Part shown: positions 52,698 through 64,000 of the stretch, piece by piece | How positions within the stretch are numbered: position 1 is the first letter of the stretch | Layout: the number at the start of each line of letters is the position of its first letter | NCBI GenBank assembly: GCA_001949185.1 | Contig: BDGG01000013.1 | Coordinates: 310,001 to 374,000 of the forward strand | DNA: 64,000 bases | Direction: 5' to 3' | Source: Ramazzottius varieornatus | Taxonomy: Eukaryota; Animalia; Tardigrada | Notes under the pieces: model-generated | What the model saw: only the letters and a program-made list of their open reading frames with translations | What the model was told of the DNA's origin: nothing | Database searches by the model: none | Position numbers and translations under genes: made by a program

Positions 52698-53435
52698 ATG
52701 GATGTTCCACCCCGGTCCAGTGTGCCTTGTACGAGCAACGAGAAAAGTGAAGTTAAAAGCCCTCTGATGAGCGATTTCAAATCTCGTTTCACTTTTTACC
52801 ATGACTGGCAACATTTTGATATCCAACAACCATACCACTTGGCCAACGCTGCATTCTTCAACTGCGATGCCGATGCCGCGTTGGTTGAATGTTACCACTG
52901 CGGACTGCTGTTGAACCACTGGACCTACACCGATTCTCCGATGGTTGAACACATCCGCCATCGTCCTGAGTGCGGATCCGTCCTGCGCAAGTACAGCCGG
53001 GAAACTCGGAATTACTATGGAACGGAGCGTGACGCTCAGCTCACCAAAGACCAAGATTTCATGAACATCGAAGGACGACCGACGTTCAGCCGATACCTGC
53101 TGTGGAACAATTTTATAGCCCGACAAGGAGTACAGTTTAGCGATCGCAAACCAACCCACCTGATCAAATGGCGAGCTGCTGAGCAAAGGGATGCCAAAGA
53201 ATACTTCAAGTTTAAAGGCTACGAAACCGTAGAAAGACGTCTTAGGACGATGCTACATCCGATGAGCCCAGTCAAGGATTCTGCGACAGCGCTGAAGCTG
53301 GCTCAAGATGGGATAATGTTTTTCTCTAACGTTCCACGTACTGTATTTTGCGCTTATTGTGGTCGTCGCGTCTCTATGTCCGATGAGCTTGTTGGTCATT
53401 TCCCCCATTGCGATACTTGCTGGACGTTTCGATGA
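52698..53435 (+). CDS. IAP-like protein with one canonical and one degenerate BIR domain
   Basis: SRFTFYHDW...LANAAFF...VECYHCGLLLNHW...DSPMVEHIRHRPEC fits the BIR CX2C-X16-H-X6-C pattern. The second unit is ERRLRT...LAQDG...FCAYCG...H...C. Intronless and open. Confidence 0.8.
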   Translation: MDVPPRSSVPCTSNEKSEVKSPLMSDFKSRFTFYHDWQHFDIQQPYHLANAAFFNCDADAALVECYHCGLLLNHWTYTDSPMVEHIRHRPECGSVLRKYSRETRNYYGTERDAQLTKDQDFMNIEGRPTFSRYLLWNNFIARQGVQFSDRKPTHLIKWRAAEQRDAKEYFKFKGYETVERRLRTMLHPMSPVKDSATALKLAQDGIMFFSNVPRTVFCAYCGRRVSMSDELVGHFPHCDTCWTFR

Positions 53436-53487
53436 TATTTGAGTGTGTGTAGTTCCTGGTCCTTAGGTCCAACTGACATTGTCAAAA

Positions 53488-53758
53488 ATGATGCGTCCTC
53501 TTGATTTTCATACTCGGCTTCGGGTTCCTTCTGGGGCAATTGTTTGTGGGCTCACAATGTCGGGCAAATCATAATTTGGTCTTTCGATTAATAAAAGACA
53601 AAACTGAATTTATTGATCATACTCTCACTCGCATTGTATACTGTTACGGGCAATATCAACCCAAATTCGAGGAGGTTGCACGTGAGCATCAGGTCAAGTT
53701 TTATCATGGGCTGGAGCAAGTGCTGGACTTTGACAACTTTTTCGACTCCAAACTTGCT
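53488..53758 (+). pseudogene. A32/FtsK-like packaging ATPase, N-terminal fragment
   Basis: AIVCGLTMSGKS (Walker A), a frameshift, then RIVYCYGQYQP...VKFYHGL. Walker B and the C-terminal half are missing. Confidence 0.75.
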
Positions 53759-54090
53759 ATGTCCGAACGGGTCGAAAAGTTGATGCCCTGCGTTATTACG
53801 CTCAAGGGACTGATACCCAGCAAGCGGAAAGTCCTACTGGATCTTGTGACAAAAGACCAACTGCGTGCATTAGAGGAAGTAGCTGTTAATATTGTCAAGA
53901 ATACAGTGACGTTAAGCAACGATGATGCTCGCATTTGTCGTCGTTGGAGACGCCCTTTGAAACTACAGTATTAGCCCTGAAACGTTACCCTATTAAAGAG
54001 AAGAAGCAAGTCCTGCAACAAGGCGGATTCATCGGAGCCATACTTCCCATCGTTGCCTCGGTTCTATCTACTCTAATTAGTAATGGATGA
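53759..54090 (+). pseudogene. Conserved Polinton small protein ending in QxGG^F plus an amphipathic helix (putative protease-matured core/lytic protein)
   Basis: KRKVLL...LEEVAVNIVKNTVTL..., a frameshift, then KKQVLQQGGFIGAILPIVASVLSTL. Confidence 0.65.
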
Positions 54091-54954
54091 GTATTGCATA
54101 GTGCTCAAAAGGATTCTAGATTCTCAGAAACAAGAGATGCCAGCGTCACATCCAGCCGAAACTCGTGACGTCAATACCCTGGCAGGTTTGATCAGATCCA
54201 TCTGTAATCGCCCCGGTATTGATGAATGAAAACGAGACGATATGCTCAGCGCCACCCTGGAAAGATACATGGCTTTGACCAACAAACATCAGGAGTCAGG
54301 CCGCGCCATCAGCGTTCCCCAACAAGCAGCCCCTATCTGTGCGTTACCATCCTCTGTTTCCGAAGTTGACTTTACTCTGCAATTCACCACTGCTCTTGCC
54401 GAAAAAATATTCCGTCGGGAAAAGCGAAAGGGTGAAATGGAAGGGGAGAGTAAGAGACAACACCACGACCAGGAACGAGCCTACCGCTCAGCGGATTCCC
54501 ACTGTTACTTTCGTCACCACGGCACCTCTAGCTAGACGACAGAAACGCAAAGCCGAGGAAGAGTTATCCAACAAGCGGCTGAATCAAGGACCAGACGTGG
54601 AAGTTCCACCCCAGCGCGTTCCCAACATGACTTCAGTACCCACTGCTCCTCTAGTTCGTCCATCTAAACGAGAGACAGATGCGGTGGAGGAAGCAAAGCG
54701 ACGTCATCAGGAACTGCAAGATGAAACAGCTGATGAATCTTTCGTCACAGAGTCGGAGCCAGTGGCCATTCCTGCTGGAAACAACGCAGCAGGGGCAAAA
54801 ACGAAAGCCAGTTGATCCCATCGATAAACGTCATTATGATAGAAAACGAGCCTCTACCCGTAAAGGCAGCAGTACGGAGTTTAGGCTCCCCAAACCAAAA
54901 AGAACGAAACCGCAAGCAGGAGGATTAAAGTCTCCCTGGATCGTCCTTCGCTAA
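54083..54954 (+). pseudogene. Polinton hypothetical protein (basic, disrupted)
   Basis: MDEYCIV...IRSICNRPGIDE*...LERYMAL..., ending QAGG...PWIVLR*. It has stops and frameshifts and lies between two element genes. Confidence 0.4.
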
Positions 54955-55037
54955 GTTAACCATAGCCGGGGGTTTACCCTCGATCCTTCGGCTTTGTCGT
55001 TATTTTCACATATTGTGTGTGATTAGTTGCTGTAATA

Positions 55038-56084
55038 ATGGAAGCCCTGTGGCAGAAGTATCTGGACCCACGTCATCCCGGCTCACTTGGTGGCGTCGAG
55101 CGATTAAGACGTGTACACGACGGCGACGAAGACCGCGAGAAGATTCAGCGAGCACTGCAACACGTCGATACGTACACAATTGGCAAGCCAGTAAGACCCA
55201 AATTCAAGCGGAACCGTATCATCGTGACCAATCTCCAACAGCAATACCAGGCCGATTTAGCCGACATGAGCAAGTATGCGGAGCAACACGACGGTATACG
55301 ACATCTGCTGGCAGTGGTCGACTGCTTCAGCAAACGCGCATTAGTACAGCCTCTACTTACCAAAGTAGGAGTACGGGTTAAAGCGGCTCTCCAACAAGTC
55401 TTCAAAGAGTTGGGGGTGCCGGAAAAGTTACAAGTCGATAAAAGCTCAGAATTTTACAATGAAGTAATCAAAACCTTTCTAGTTGAGAAAGACGTCGTGC
55501 TCTTCTCGACCGAGAACAATGATATCAAATGCAGCATGGTCGAACGGCTGATTCGCATCCCCAAGACTCGGATATTTCAATGCTTTCGGTCCATTTACGC
55601 CACTCGTTACATTGATCGGCTGCCCGATTTTGTTTACGCCTACAATCATTCCGTACACAGTGCCCATGGCAAAAACCGGACAGTTCAACAAAAGAACTCG
55701 CTTTCAGTCTTCAACGCACTATACGGCAAGATGCTCCAAGAAAAATCAAAGGTACCTCGGTACAAGGTTGGCGATTTCGACCGCATATCCACGAACAAAC
55801 TACAATTCGAAGAAGGATACGAGGATAACTTTCAGCCTGACATCTATGAGATCACCAAAGTCAAAAGACATACCGTTCCGGTGTACGAATTGAAGAACCC
55901 CAACAGCAACAAGGCTATTAAAGGCCAATTTTATGAACCAGAATTGTCACTTGTTCGCGATTATATGAACTGGACATATCAAATCCAGAAAGTACTGCAG
56001 CGCCCTACTCGTAATCGACGACGGGAAAAGTTGGTGAGGTGGCTGGGATACGGACCTGAAAGCGATTCCTGGATACCAGCATGA
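55038..56084 (+). CDS. Polinton retroviral-like (rve) integrase with C-terminal chromodomain
   Basis: QADLADM (D), VVDCFSK, LQVDKSSEF (D), MVERL (E), YNHSVHS, FYEPEL, and chromo-like YQIQKVL...LVRWLGYGPESDSWI. Confidence 0.92.
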   Translation: MEALWQKYLDPRHPGSLGGVERLRRVHDGDEDREKIQRALQHVDTYTIGKPVRPKFKRNRIIVTNLQQQYQADLADMSKYAEQHDGIRHLLAVVDCFSKRALVQPLLTKVGVRVKAALQQVFKELGVPEKLQVDKSSEFYNEVIKTFLVEKDVVLFSTENNDIKCSMVERLIRIPKTRIFQCFRSIYATRYIDRLPDFVYAYNHSVHSAHGKNRTVQQKNSLSVFNALYGKMLQEKSKVPRYKVGDFDRISTNKLQFEEGYEDNFQPDIYEITKVKRHTVPVYELKNPNSNKAIKGQFYEPELSLVRDYMNWTYQIQKVLQRPTRNRRREKLVRWLGYGPESDSWIPA

Positions 56085-56870
56085 AGCATGACAACAGTGG
56101 ATTCTACAGTACCTGACTTCACCCAGTGATGCCTGCATGGAAAGGTACCCGAACAACAACGCAGCCAGCTGGATCACCAAGCTAAGGAACTCCATCAATC
56201 TGGAAGGCCAGTGAGGGATGTGCCTTTCTGAACTTCGTTACATGCAAAGCATGTTTACCATTCCTACGGATCAGAAGATAGTTGTTCACCATCCCATCAG
56301 CAAAGGACTGGGTCGAGATTTCATTATTGTACCAGCTGGGATGTACAATTCAGCGTAATCATTGATTGACTGCATCAGTCGACAGATTGGCACTCTACCG
56401 CTGTATACAGACGCGGAAGCGGTTAGACAGTTCAAGATCGAAATTCAACCCGATCTACGTGTGTTTATCTCCTTGGGTACCCCTCGAGCTACCGTCTATT
56501 TTGACGCTGACTCCATTATTCTGCAAACCATGTTGGGATTTGACCTGAATCAAAGGCATCTTATCACCAACGGATGAGGACAGCAAGATCTACGTTGGCG
56601 AAGACTATCCTGAGTTTCCTATCAAGCATGTCGGCAAACGTCTTGTTAACTTAAAAGCTGGCAACCAATCGATGTTTGTGTACTGTGGAATAGCTGACTA
56701 TTCCTATTTAGGCGATACTTTATCGCAAAATCTTAAAACTGTGCCTATTAGAGGCAAAACGATGGAAGTTGTGACTGAACGCTTTGATATCGGACATTAT
56801 GTGCCCGTTCTTCTTACCAATTTTGAAAATATCACCATCAACTTGACCAACGACCTAGGAGATGAGCATG
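56081..56870 (+). pseudogene. Polinton minor capsid (penton-like) protein, disrupted and 3'-truncated
   Basis: YLTSPSDACMERYPNNNAASWITKL...INLEGQ*...LSELRY and MFVYCGIADYSYLGD...LKTVP...YVPV...FENITINLTNDLG. Confidence 0.75.
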
Positions 56871-56899
56871 GCGTGCCACAAGGTTAACGGGAATAGCGG

Positions 56900-59800
56900 C
56901 GATCTGTGACCTGTACAAGACATACACCCTGACACAGCAGTGCTCACCATACAGACTGTGCTACTTGTAGCCGGCTAGCACAGACCAAGATTACTACTTG
57001 CGTCGTCAGGACCTGCAAGTGGGAACACGACAGGGTTAGCATCATGCCGAGCTTCCTTGGGAAGCTCAACATGGAGTGGCGGTGACACACGAGGAGGAGT
57101 GGACGCACTCGGAGAGACAGAGGGACGCACGGCAAACTGAGAATTAGAGATCGAACGATGAAGTGAGACAGGCGGCGGGCACTGCGAGGTCGAAGGAACG
57201 TTTGAACCTGGTGACACTAATGGAAAAACGAGGGACGAAGCAGATGGGCACCCAACAGCGGGAAGCTGAGATACCGCACCATCCTGTTTTGGCAAAGTCA
57301 GGCGAACGGTAGTTCCGCTTGCTTTTGACATGTAGACCTCATAGTCGGATTCATCCTCCGACTCGTCTTCTGAAGAGGCGCCTTCCGAGAAAACAAGATC
57401 CCGCCTGTCTACAAACGGCTTCATTCGATTGACGTGAGTCAGTTCTCGTCTGTATTTGCCCCGAACTGTATCGACAACGTAGTTCACTGCCGATCGGCGC
57501 TTTACTACCTTATAAGGACCTCGATATGGATGTGTAAAATTTTTAGCATTACCTTTCTTCACCGTGTTTATACAGCAAAACTGATGCTCCAATAGGGTAG
57601 TCAACAAACCTATGAGTGGCGTTGAAGTAATTCACCGCATAGTCCTGCTGTTGTTCCACCCCAGCCTGAACTGTTACTTTCATGATTTCAACGCGATCTG
57701 CAAATGAGTCGACGAAAGTATCAGAAACTTGAGTCGGAAGCTGAAGGACCGCGATCAGGCGAGGATTTCAGAAAAGGAGCATGTAGAAAGGACTCATCTT
57801 TGTCAGCTCATGCACTGGTGCTGTATGCATGTGTCACAAACGGAAGAATAAGGTGCCAGTCTTTTGCTTATCGTCGATGTACTTAGCGATTGACCTTTGA
57901 AATGTCTGATTCGCTCGCTCTACCTGCCCAACTATCCTGTTGTTGAATTCTGAACCATTATCGCTCAACATTTCCAACGGAAATGAATGAATGAGAAAGA
58001 CATGCTCAATCATGACCATGGCTACCTCCTCGGCCTCCTTTGTGCATAAGAAACCAGTGATGATGAACTTGCTGAACTGATCAGTTACAACGATAATGTA
58101 GCGTTTCTTGAGGTCAACTGAGATTCGATGAAACGGCACCGATTTGATTGCTACCTGTTGGAGTAGTCCTGCTTCCGCCTGCGTCGGAATGTTTCGTGTT
58201 TGGCAGGAAACACAAGACCGAACGTAACGCTTCAAAAACGTTAATACACCGGGCCAAAAGAATCTGTTTTTGACGAGGTCCCAAGTCCTTCGAAAACCAA
58301 AATGGCCAAAAAGCCTGTCATCATGACACGCCTGAAGAACCTCGAATCGAAAAAGCTTCGGTACGCAAAGTAAATCATGCACTGTAGCCTCTCTGAGAAA
58401 CTCGCGGTAGAAAACCCCGTCGATCAACTTGAAACGCTTTACTGCTTTAGCGTCTTTCGGATCTATTTCCGCCACATTGCGCTGAAGAATTCCTAGAATC
58501 TTAGCAAAGTAAGGGCCCAATTCGAGTCCTCATCCATGAGAACCTGGAAGTATCCCGACTTCATATCGAGGGTAGAGAACACTGTAGAACCTGCAACCTG
58601 ATCGACGATATCCTCGATCCTGGGTAGAGGAAACTTTCAGTCACCGCGTTGAGACCGCGGTAATCGACACAGAACCTCACGGACCCATCTTTCTTCTTCA
58701 CAAGAAGCACCGGGGAAACCCATGGACTTTGGCTAGGTTGAATCAAACCTTTCGCAAGCATGTCTTTGACTTCTGCCCTAACAATTTCCTTCTCCTGCTG
58801 GGAAGTACGGTACGGATATTTGAAGATAGGAACTGCATCCTTTGTGTCCATCTTCATCTTCATTCTGTCAGTGAGGCCAAGAGGTCGTTCCTTCGTCGGG
58901 AAGACTCAATCCTTATACCGTTCGAGAAACTGCGAAACAAGCTGAAACTGTTCTTGGGACAGCTCGGCACCTTCACATAGCTGTTCCGCCGTCGCCTTAG
59001 AAACTGGAACGTTGGAAAGCTTCACGTTACCGAACTTCTCCTCGCGAGACTCACTCGTCATAGCGAATCCTGGAAAATCTTCGATCACATCAGCACTGTC
59101 AAACTTCTCTATTGTTCCGATGGTAGTACCAGACGGAAGAACTTGGTCTTGAAGGGAGAAGTTAGTTATCAGCACCTGAAGAAACCCATCTTTCAATTTG
59201 GAAAGACAGTTCGCTGCGGAAAGAAGCTTACTTTCAAGGATAAGTTTGTTAGGGGAGACGAATACTTCCTCGCACCCCAATTCACCTACGGGTACCAGGA
59301 CCTGGAGCGCTGTACGAGCTGGCACAATTACTGTATGAGGTGCGTACACGGATTCGGAGAAATGGCTAGTAAAAACCCGGTTCTTCGCCACGTCGATCAT
59401 AACGTCAAACTGCGCTAGAACATCCGTACCGAGAATGACGCCGTAAGCTTGGGAAGGGAAGTGCTGCATAACATGCAAAGAAATCATCTGGCTTTTTCCA
59501 CAAAGTGTTAATTCTACTTGTACTCGACCAGTGAGGAGAACCCGCTGTCCATTGACAGCCGATACTGTAAGTAAGGGTTCGGAGATTTCAAGACCCAGAA
59601 AAGCCGTAAGGTCACCAGAAATGACTGAGGCCCCGGCGCCACTGTCGACCAGTGCCAGCTGCTCCTGTTTTTCCACCAACACAGGAACAATTTTGGTTTG
59701 ACCTTTCTCCTTAACGCTCTCTACGACAATACTATTAACTTGCTGGTTACCGCGAGAAAATCTTTGTGTGATGGTTTGGTTGTTGGTACTGTTGTTGCTT

Positions 59801-62100
59801 TGCTGACCTCCATTTGATCTGGCGTGATGCATCTGAGTGGTATGGCCGGTCAAGCCGCAGATGTCACATCGCGCTTGATTGGAAGTACCTCGCGGATTAC
59901 CGTTGTTTCCGCGGTACTGGCCGCCTCGGAAATTTGACTGTCCCCGCATGTTGTTACCGGAAGTCACCCCGGAATTGTTTGTTTGATTCGATGACTGCTG
60001 ACCGGTGCCGCAGTTCCGGGCAAGATGTCCTAATCTCCCACATTTGTAGCAAGTAATTGCGTTGTCTGTTGTTGACTGAGCATCAACAGTACAGTCACGT
60101 GCCTTATGCTCCGGCTTATTGCAGTTGTAGCAATTGTTTGAACTGGTAGGCTGGATTGAAGGAGCTGAATTCCTCACATCCTGAGTAGGTTGATTGGTAT
60201 TGAAAGGACTCTTGAAACAGTTTTGACCGAGGTGGCCATATTTTCTACAGAAGCTGCAAAACACCTCAGGTTGTTTCGGCTGATTGGAATTCCCACTGTT
60301 ACCGCCTGCGCTTTGGTTAGCCGGGTTTCTTGAGCATTGTGCAGCCCAGTGGCCATTCTTCCCACAGTACCCGCAGATGGTAATGCTATTCACCAACGCC
60401 GAAGTGGAGGTAGTAGTTCCACTTGAATAGCAGTGTACTGCCGCGTGACTGGAAAGACCACACGTGAAACACTTTAGGGAGGGATTATACTGTGGGATTA
60501 TACTGTGGGAGTATACTGTGGGATTATACTGTGCCCTGCCGGTATTTGATTTGTTTCTAAAAGAGCTTCGCCCCCCCCCCCCGGAAGTTACCGCGCACTG
60601 CCTTGTCGGAGTGAAAGCACAATCCGACGTACGCGGAATCATGGTATCCGGTCATTAACGAAGGAACTTCGTGACTGTCGAAGGTGTCACGAATATTTTG
60701 CTGTCGGTTTTTTATCGAAAGAACCGTATTTAGTGCTTCCGAAAAACCCTCAACGGTTTTCGGACGCATGAGAGAGACATCCTTATACACATCTCCCTTT
60801 CCCAGCCCGCGAATCATATGACGAACTATTTCTTGTTCCTCCATTTGCGAATTGACTGCATTCGCGAGATGCGTCATGTCTTGAATGTAGGACATAGACG
60901 ACTCCTGATCGCGAATTTTTCCAGTGAACCACTGTCTTCTGCAGTTTTCAACATAGTCTGAGAGCCGATAGCGCTCAAGCAGCTTGAACTCTATCGACGC
61001 CCAATCGTTCGCGAATTCGTTATCCTCCTTACAACACTTCAAATAACAAGATTGGGGTAATGTGTCGAGGTAAATTGGAAACATCCGACATTTCTTTCTT
61101 TCATCCCACCCCAATGATTGGGCCACTATGTTATAGTGGTCCACACATGTAGCAACGTTTTCGCCACTTCCGGCGAACAACGTGATAGGAACATTGCCTA
61201 TCATGACGTCCTGTAAAGCCAGAGCTAGCTTATCTGCCTCCACCACAATAGCCTCCGTCGTATTGGACTCCTCATTCAGAGCCTGCCCTAAAGCTCGTCT
61301 GGGATTATGAAGAGCGGATGCACTTTGTGTTTGTGCTAGACGTTAGTTTTCAGTTTGGAGTTGTTGTTTGGCTAGCCTGGTCTGCTGAAGTTGCTGCAAC
61401 AACTGCTGTTGCTGTTCAATATTTTAGGGTGTGAGTTCGGTTGGCGTGGGCATGACTGGCGCAGATGGGACCAAGGGTTGCGCACCCGGAACTGCCGCGG
61501 AAGAAATAGCAGTCTGCGAACTGGTTTTTTTTAGTACTTGCCAACAAACGACTGTGTCCTGATTCGTGTTTTGGCGTGCGCTCAAGCACCATCCCTAAAC
61601 AGAAACCAGCAAGAATGAAGTAACGATGGACTAACGTATGTGCCGAAAAAGAAGCACAGCAGTAACGCAAGAATGTCACCTGGTGCCCGAAAGGTACCAC
61701 CTACAAGAACGAAAGAAGACTGTCGGAAGTACCACCAAAGAGTACCGCAAGTACCACCAAGGATTGTCGGAAGTACCACTGAAATTGCCACGCAAAATAC
61801 CACAGGTGCCACCTAAAAGTAGTACAAATCTGACCTAAAAGTACCAGAAACTCCACTCAAAAGTACCACCAATACCACCTATCAAGTCGGTACCACCGTA
61901 CCGCTGACGTGCCGAAGGCGCTACGTGAGACTCTATAAGTACCACGCAGTAATTCCCGACGTGGAACAACAAAAGAAGTGAGCACGAGTTATAGAAAACG
62001 AAAGTAAAGCGTAAGAATAGAGAGCAGAAAACGGAAGGGAGCAAAGAATCACGACGTAAGAGAACGTGCGTAGGAAAGTTCGAGTGAACCTAACTTGACC
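56900..62100 (-). mobile_element. Ty3/Gypsy retrotransposon, internally deleted and non-autonomous; boundaries approximate
   Basis: Order Gag (60557-61420), CCHC knuckles and protease ALVDSGA (58906-60580), RT start (SPWVSPVLLVKKKDGSVRFCVDYRGLN...LDMKSGYFQV), then an abrupt jump at ~58520 to integrase (H-H-C-C, DQFSK, SDNGSEF, GPY motif). YxDD and RNase H are missing. Confidence 0.9.
60481..60532. repeat. 13-bp tandem repeat x4 inside gag
   Basis: gggattatactgt x4, one copy with a single mismatch. Confidence 0.9.
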
Positions 62101-63706
62101 CTTGTCAATTTTCGAATTTATTTCTGGAACTAAAGCTCAGCGAGCGAATAAAATGCCAGCGGCAAATTTTTACGGGAGAAATTGTCCCTGAATTTCTCTC
62201 ACTTTTTCCTTCTTCTGAAACGTTGTTGACGAAACAATTGTTTTTTGGTTTCGAAAAGCTTTTGAATTTTAAGAAGCTATTTTTGGAGTTTGAAATATTC
62301 GACCCGTAAATGTTAACCTAATAATGATATTATAATGTAAGACATATAAGTACGCAAGAGCAAGAAAAGGCCTCAGCAAAGCACCGAAGAAAGTGTGGTG
62401 AAGGCGTGCAAGATTGCGGAACAAAGACAAGACAGGACAAGACAAAACCCAAATATGGCGCACAAAAAATATTCGAACTGGCGCGAATACTTCTTACCGT
62501 GAACGGAATGAGAAGGGACAGGCAGAGTTGGCGTGGGTGAAGATGGTGGAATGTGAAGTCAGCTCGCTTGAAGAACTTGACAGAGGGCAGAAGTGGAGCT
62601 AATCAGGACTGATTAGACAATGAAGCGAAGTGAAGATGTTTTTTGAAGATGACGTAAGGTAGGTGCACCGTACAAAACGGGGAAAATCTTGGTTGATCAG
62701 GCCAGGATCCTTCCTTTTTCGCAACGGCTAAGAAGGAAACTAGAAAAAAAACAGCAGAAATCCCATATAATAAATAATAATGCTATAGATAAGCGCGCAG
62801 TATTTTGATAATTGAAACCCAAAGCTTGAAGAATGCGTTTAAGAAACGCAGGATTCAATACTCCATGTCTCCCAACGGCCGAGTTCCAACTCCCAAGCCG
62901 GTTTCGGCACCAATGTGACGCTCCCAGCCTCGCTACAGGACGCCACAACACTCTAGGCTAGACTCCCTTCGCTAAATCTAACCTAGCTCCGGACTTTCCC
63001 TGATCCCGAGTTACCGAATAAAATTCAAAGAATGCACAACACCAGCCCGTAGTCGACGACAGAGCTGTATTACTCCAAGCTATGCAAAACGACCACACAA
63101 AAAACTACCCGACGTTCGGCCCAAGGCCTAACGCTGCCAAGCCAAGCTAACTCAATACTAAAGTAAGAAGGGCCGGACCACACCATGGGTCCGGCCAGTT
63201 AAATTAGCCTGCCACGCCCGATGCTCCTCACAATCATTCGAAGAGAAAACTGAACGCCGATTTCATCAATCAAGCAGTGAAATGCAGTTTTTGATTTATT
63301 GAATGGGAAAATCGAATTGCACACGTGATGCGCACACATGTGCACGTGAAGGGTTCGATGGCGAAAGGGCTCATACGCCAGATATACCTGCCGGACAATG
63401 ATGTTACGAGGTAAACGGCATAATTCTGACATACCGATTTTCGCACCATAATTAGGGCAACGCGAAAAGTTTGAACGTTGTCGTCAACGCTTGATTCATC
63501 TCTCATCGTACGCCTGTTGATACAACATTAGGCTTTTTAACATTGGACAGACTCACCCAGGCCAAAATCCCAGGCCAAATTCCCGTGATCCACAACGCTT
63601 TGTTGTTCTCAAACCTATTGAAACCTCCACGAGAAAGACCAATCTACCTTACGAAGCGAGACGCAGTTCATTACGCGCAGCAGGAGCTGAGTAAAATATG
63701 CCCAAA

Positions 63707-64000
63707 TTACGAGTGAAAAACCACAATGCCCGAATTATGTCGTTTACCTCGTAACTTAGTCGAAGCGTCAACCTCTGACCATGCCTTCATGATCCACTTG
63801 ACCGAATGCAGAACTGTCAAGAACTTCTTGTAGTCTTCGAGGTTCCGGAAGTTCTTTCTTTTTTCTCGGCGATGCTCAGCTTTCGCGGCGCTTTCATGTG
63901 ACTGGAAAGCCTTGATGATGCCCTGATCGAGCGGCTGGATTCGGTTGGTTTGTTTCGGAGGCAAGAAAACGAGCTTCACATGTGAGAGACTAGCGACCTT
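63707..64000 (-). pseudogene. pogo/Tigger (DDE_1) transposase fragment; continues beyond the window
   Basis: VKLVFLPPKQTNRIQPLDQGIIKAF...WIMKAWSEV. Confidence 0.85.

Larger units (their letters stand above)
49610..56870 (+). mobile_element. Decayed Polinton/Maverick (adintovirus-like) endogenous element, truncated at both ends
   Basis: Co-located pPolB, A32-like ATPase fragment, QxGG-F small protein, rve integrase with chromodomain and minor capsid. Genes are tightly packed with overlapping stop/start codons. No TIRs, major capsid or protease are visible. Confidence 0.9.

Noticed and set aside
52134-53186. 350-aa minus-strand ORF
   Set aside because: Mostly antisense to the BIR gene and promoter; only the part from ATG 52409 looks like a real protein.
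55038-56084. Domestication of the Polinton integrase because its ORF is open
   Set aside because: It carries likely damaging substitutions (DKSSEF for DxGxEF, a Pro in the helix after the catalytic Glu); an open ~1-kb frame is compatible with recent neutral decay.
61600-63200. Possible 5' LTR/PBS of the Gypsy element (gtaccacc-rich region)
   Set aside because: No matching direct repeat found near 56.9 kb and no clear TG...CA, PBS or PPT, so LTRs are not called.

Overview
Compact, intron-rich invertebrate (metazoan) genomic DNA with short GT-AG introns and two 50-N gaps; the species cannot be fixed from sequence alone. 1-14 kb: a decayed hAT/BED transposase, then the housekeeping genes FAHD1 (+), CFAP410/C21orf2 (+), FAH (-) and DET1 (+). 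16.6-42.4 kb: a tandem cluster of four paralogous genes I do not recognise. They encode signal-peptide proteins built from about 27 copies (counted by eye) of a ~95-aa domain with a beta-alpha-beta-beta-alpha-beta (SEA/ferredoxin-like) pattern, separated by gene-specific low-complexity linkers, and they show domain shuffling and a gene-conversion-like tract. 43.6-46.8 kb: WASP/N-WASP (-). 49.6-56.9 kb: a decayed Polinton/Maverick (adintovirus-like) element. Its protein-primed PolB is split by spliceosomal introns, and it carries a TBP-like gene, a DEDD-like nuclease, a two-BIR IAP-like gene, an ATPase fragment, a chromo-integrase and a minor capsid gene. The element is cut off by an internally deleted Ty3/Gypsy element, followed by a pogo/Tigger transposase fragment. 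Several MITEs and two families of intronic hairpins with conserved arms and variable spacers are dispersed through the window. All calls come from manual translation and motif recognition; no searches were run.
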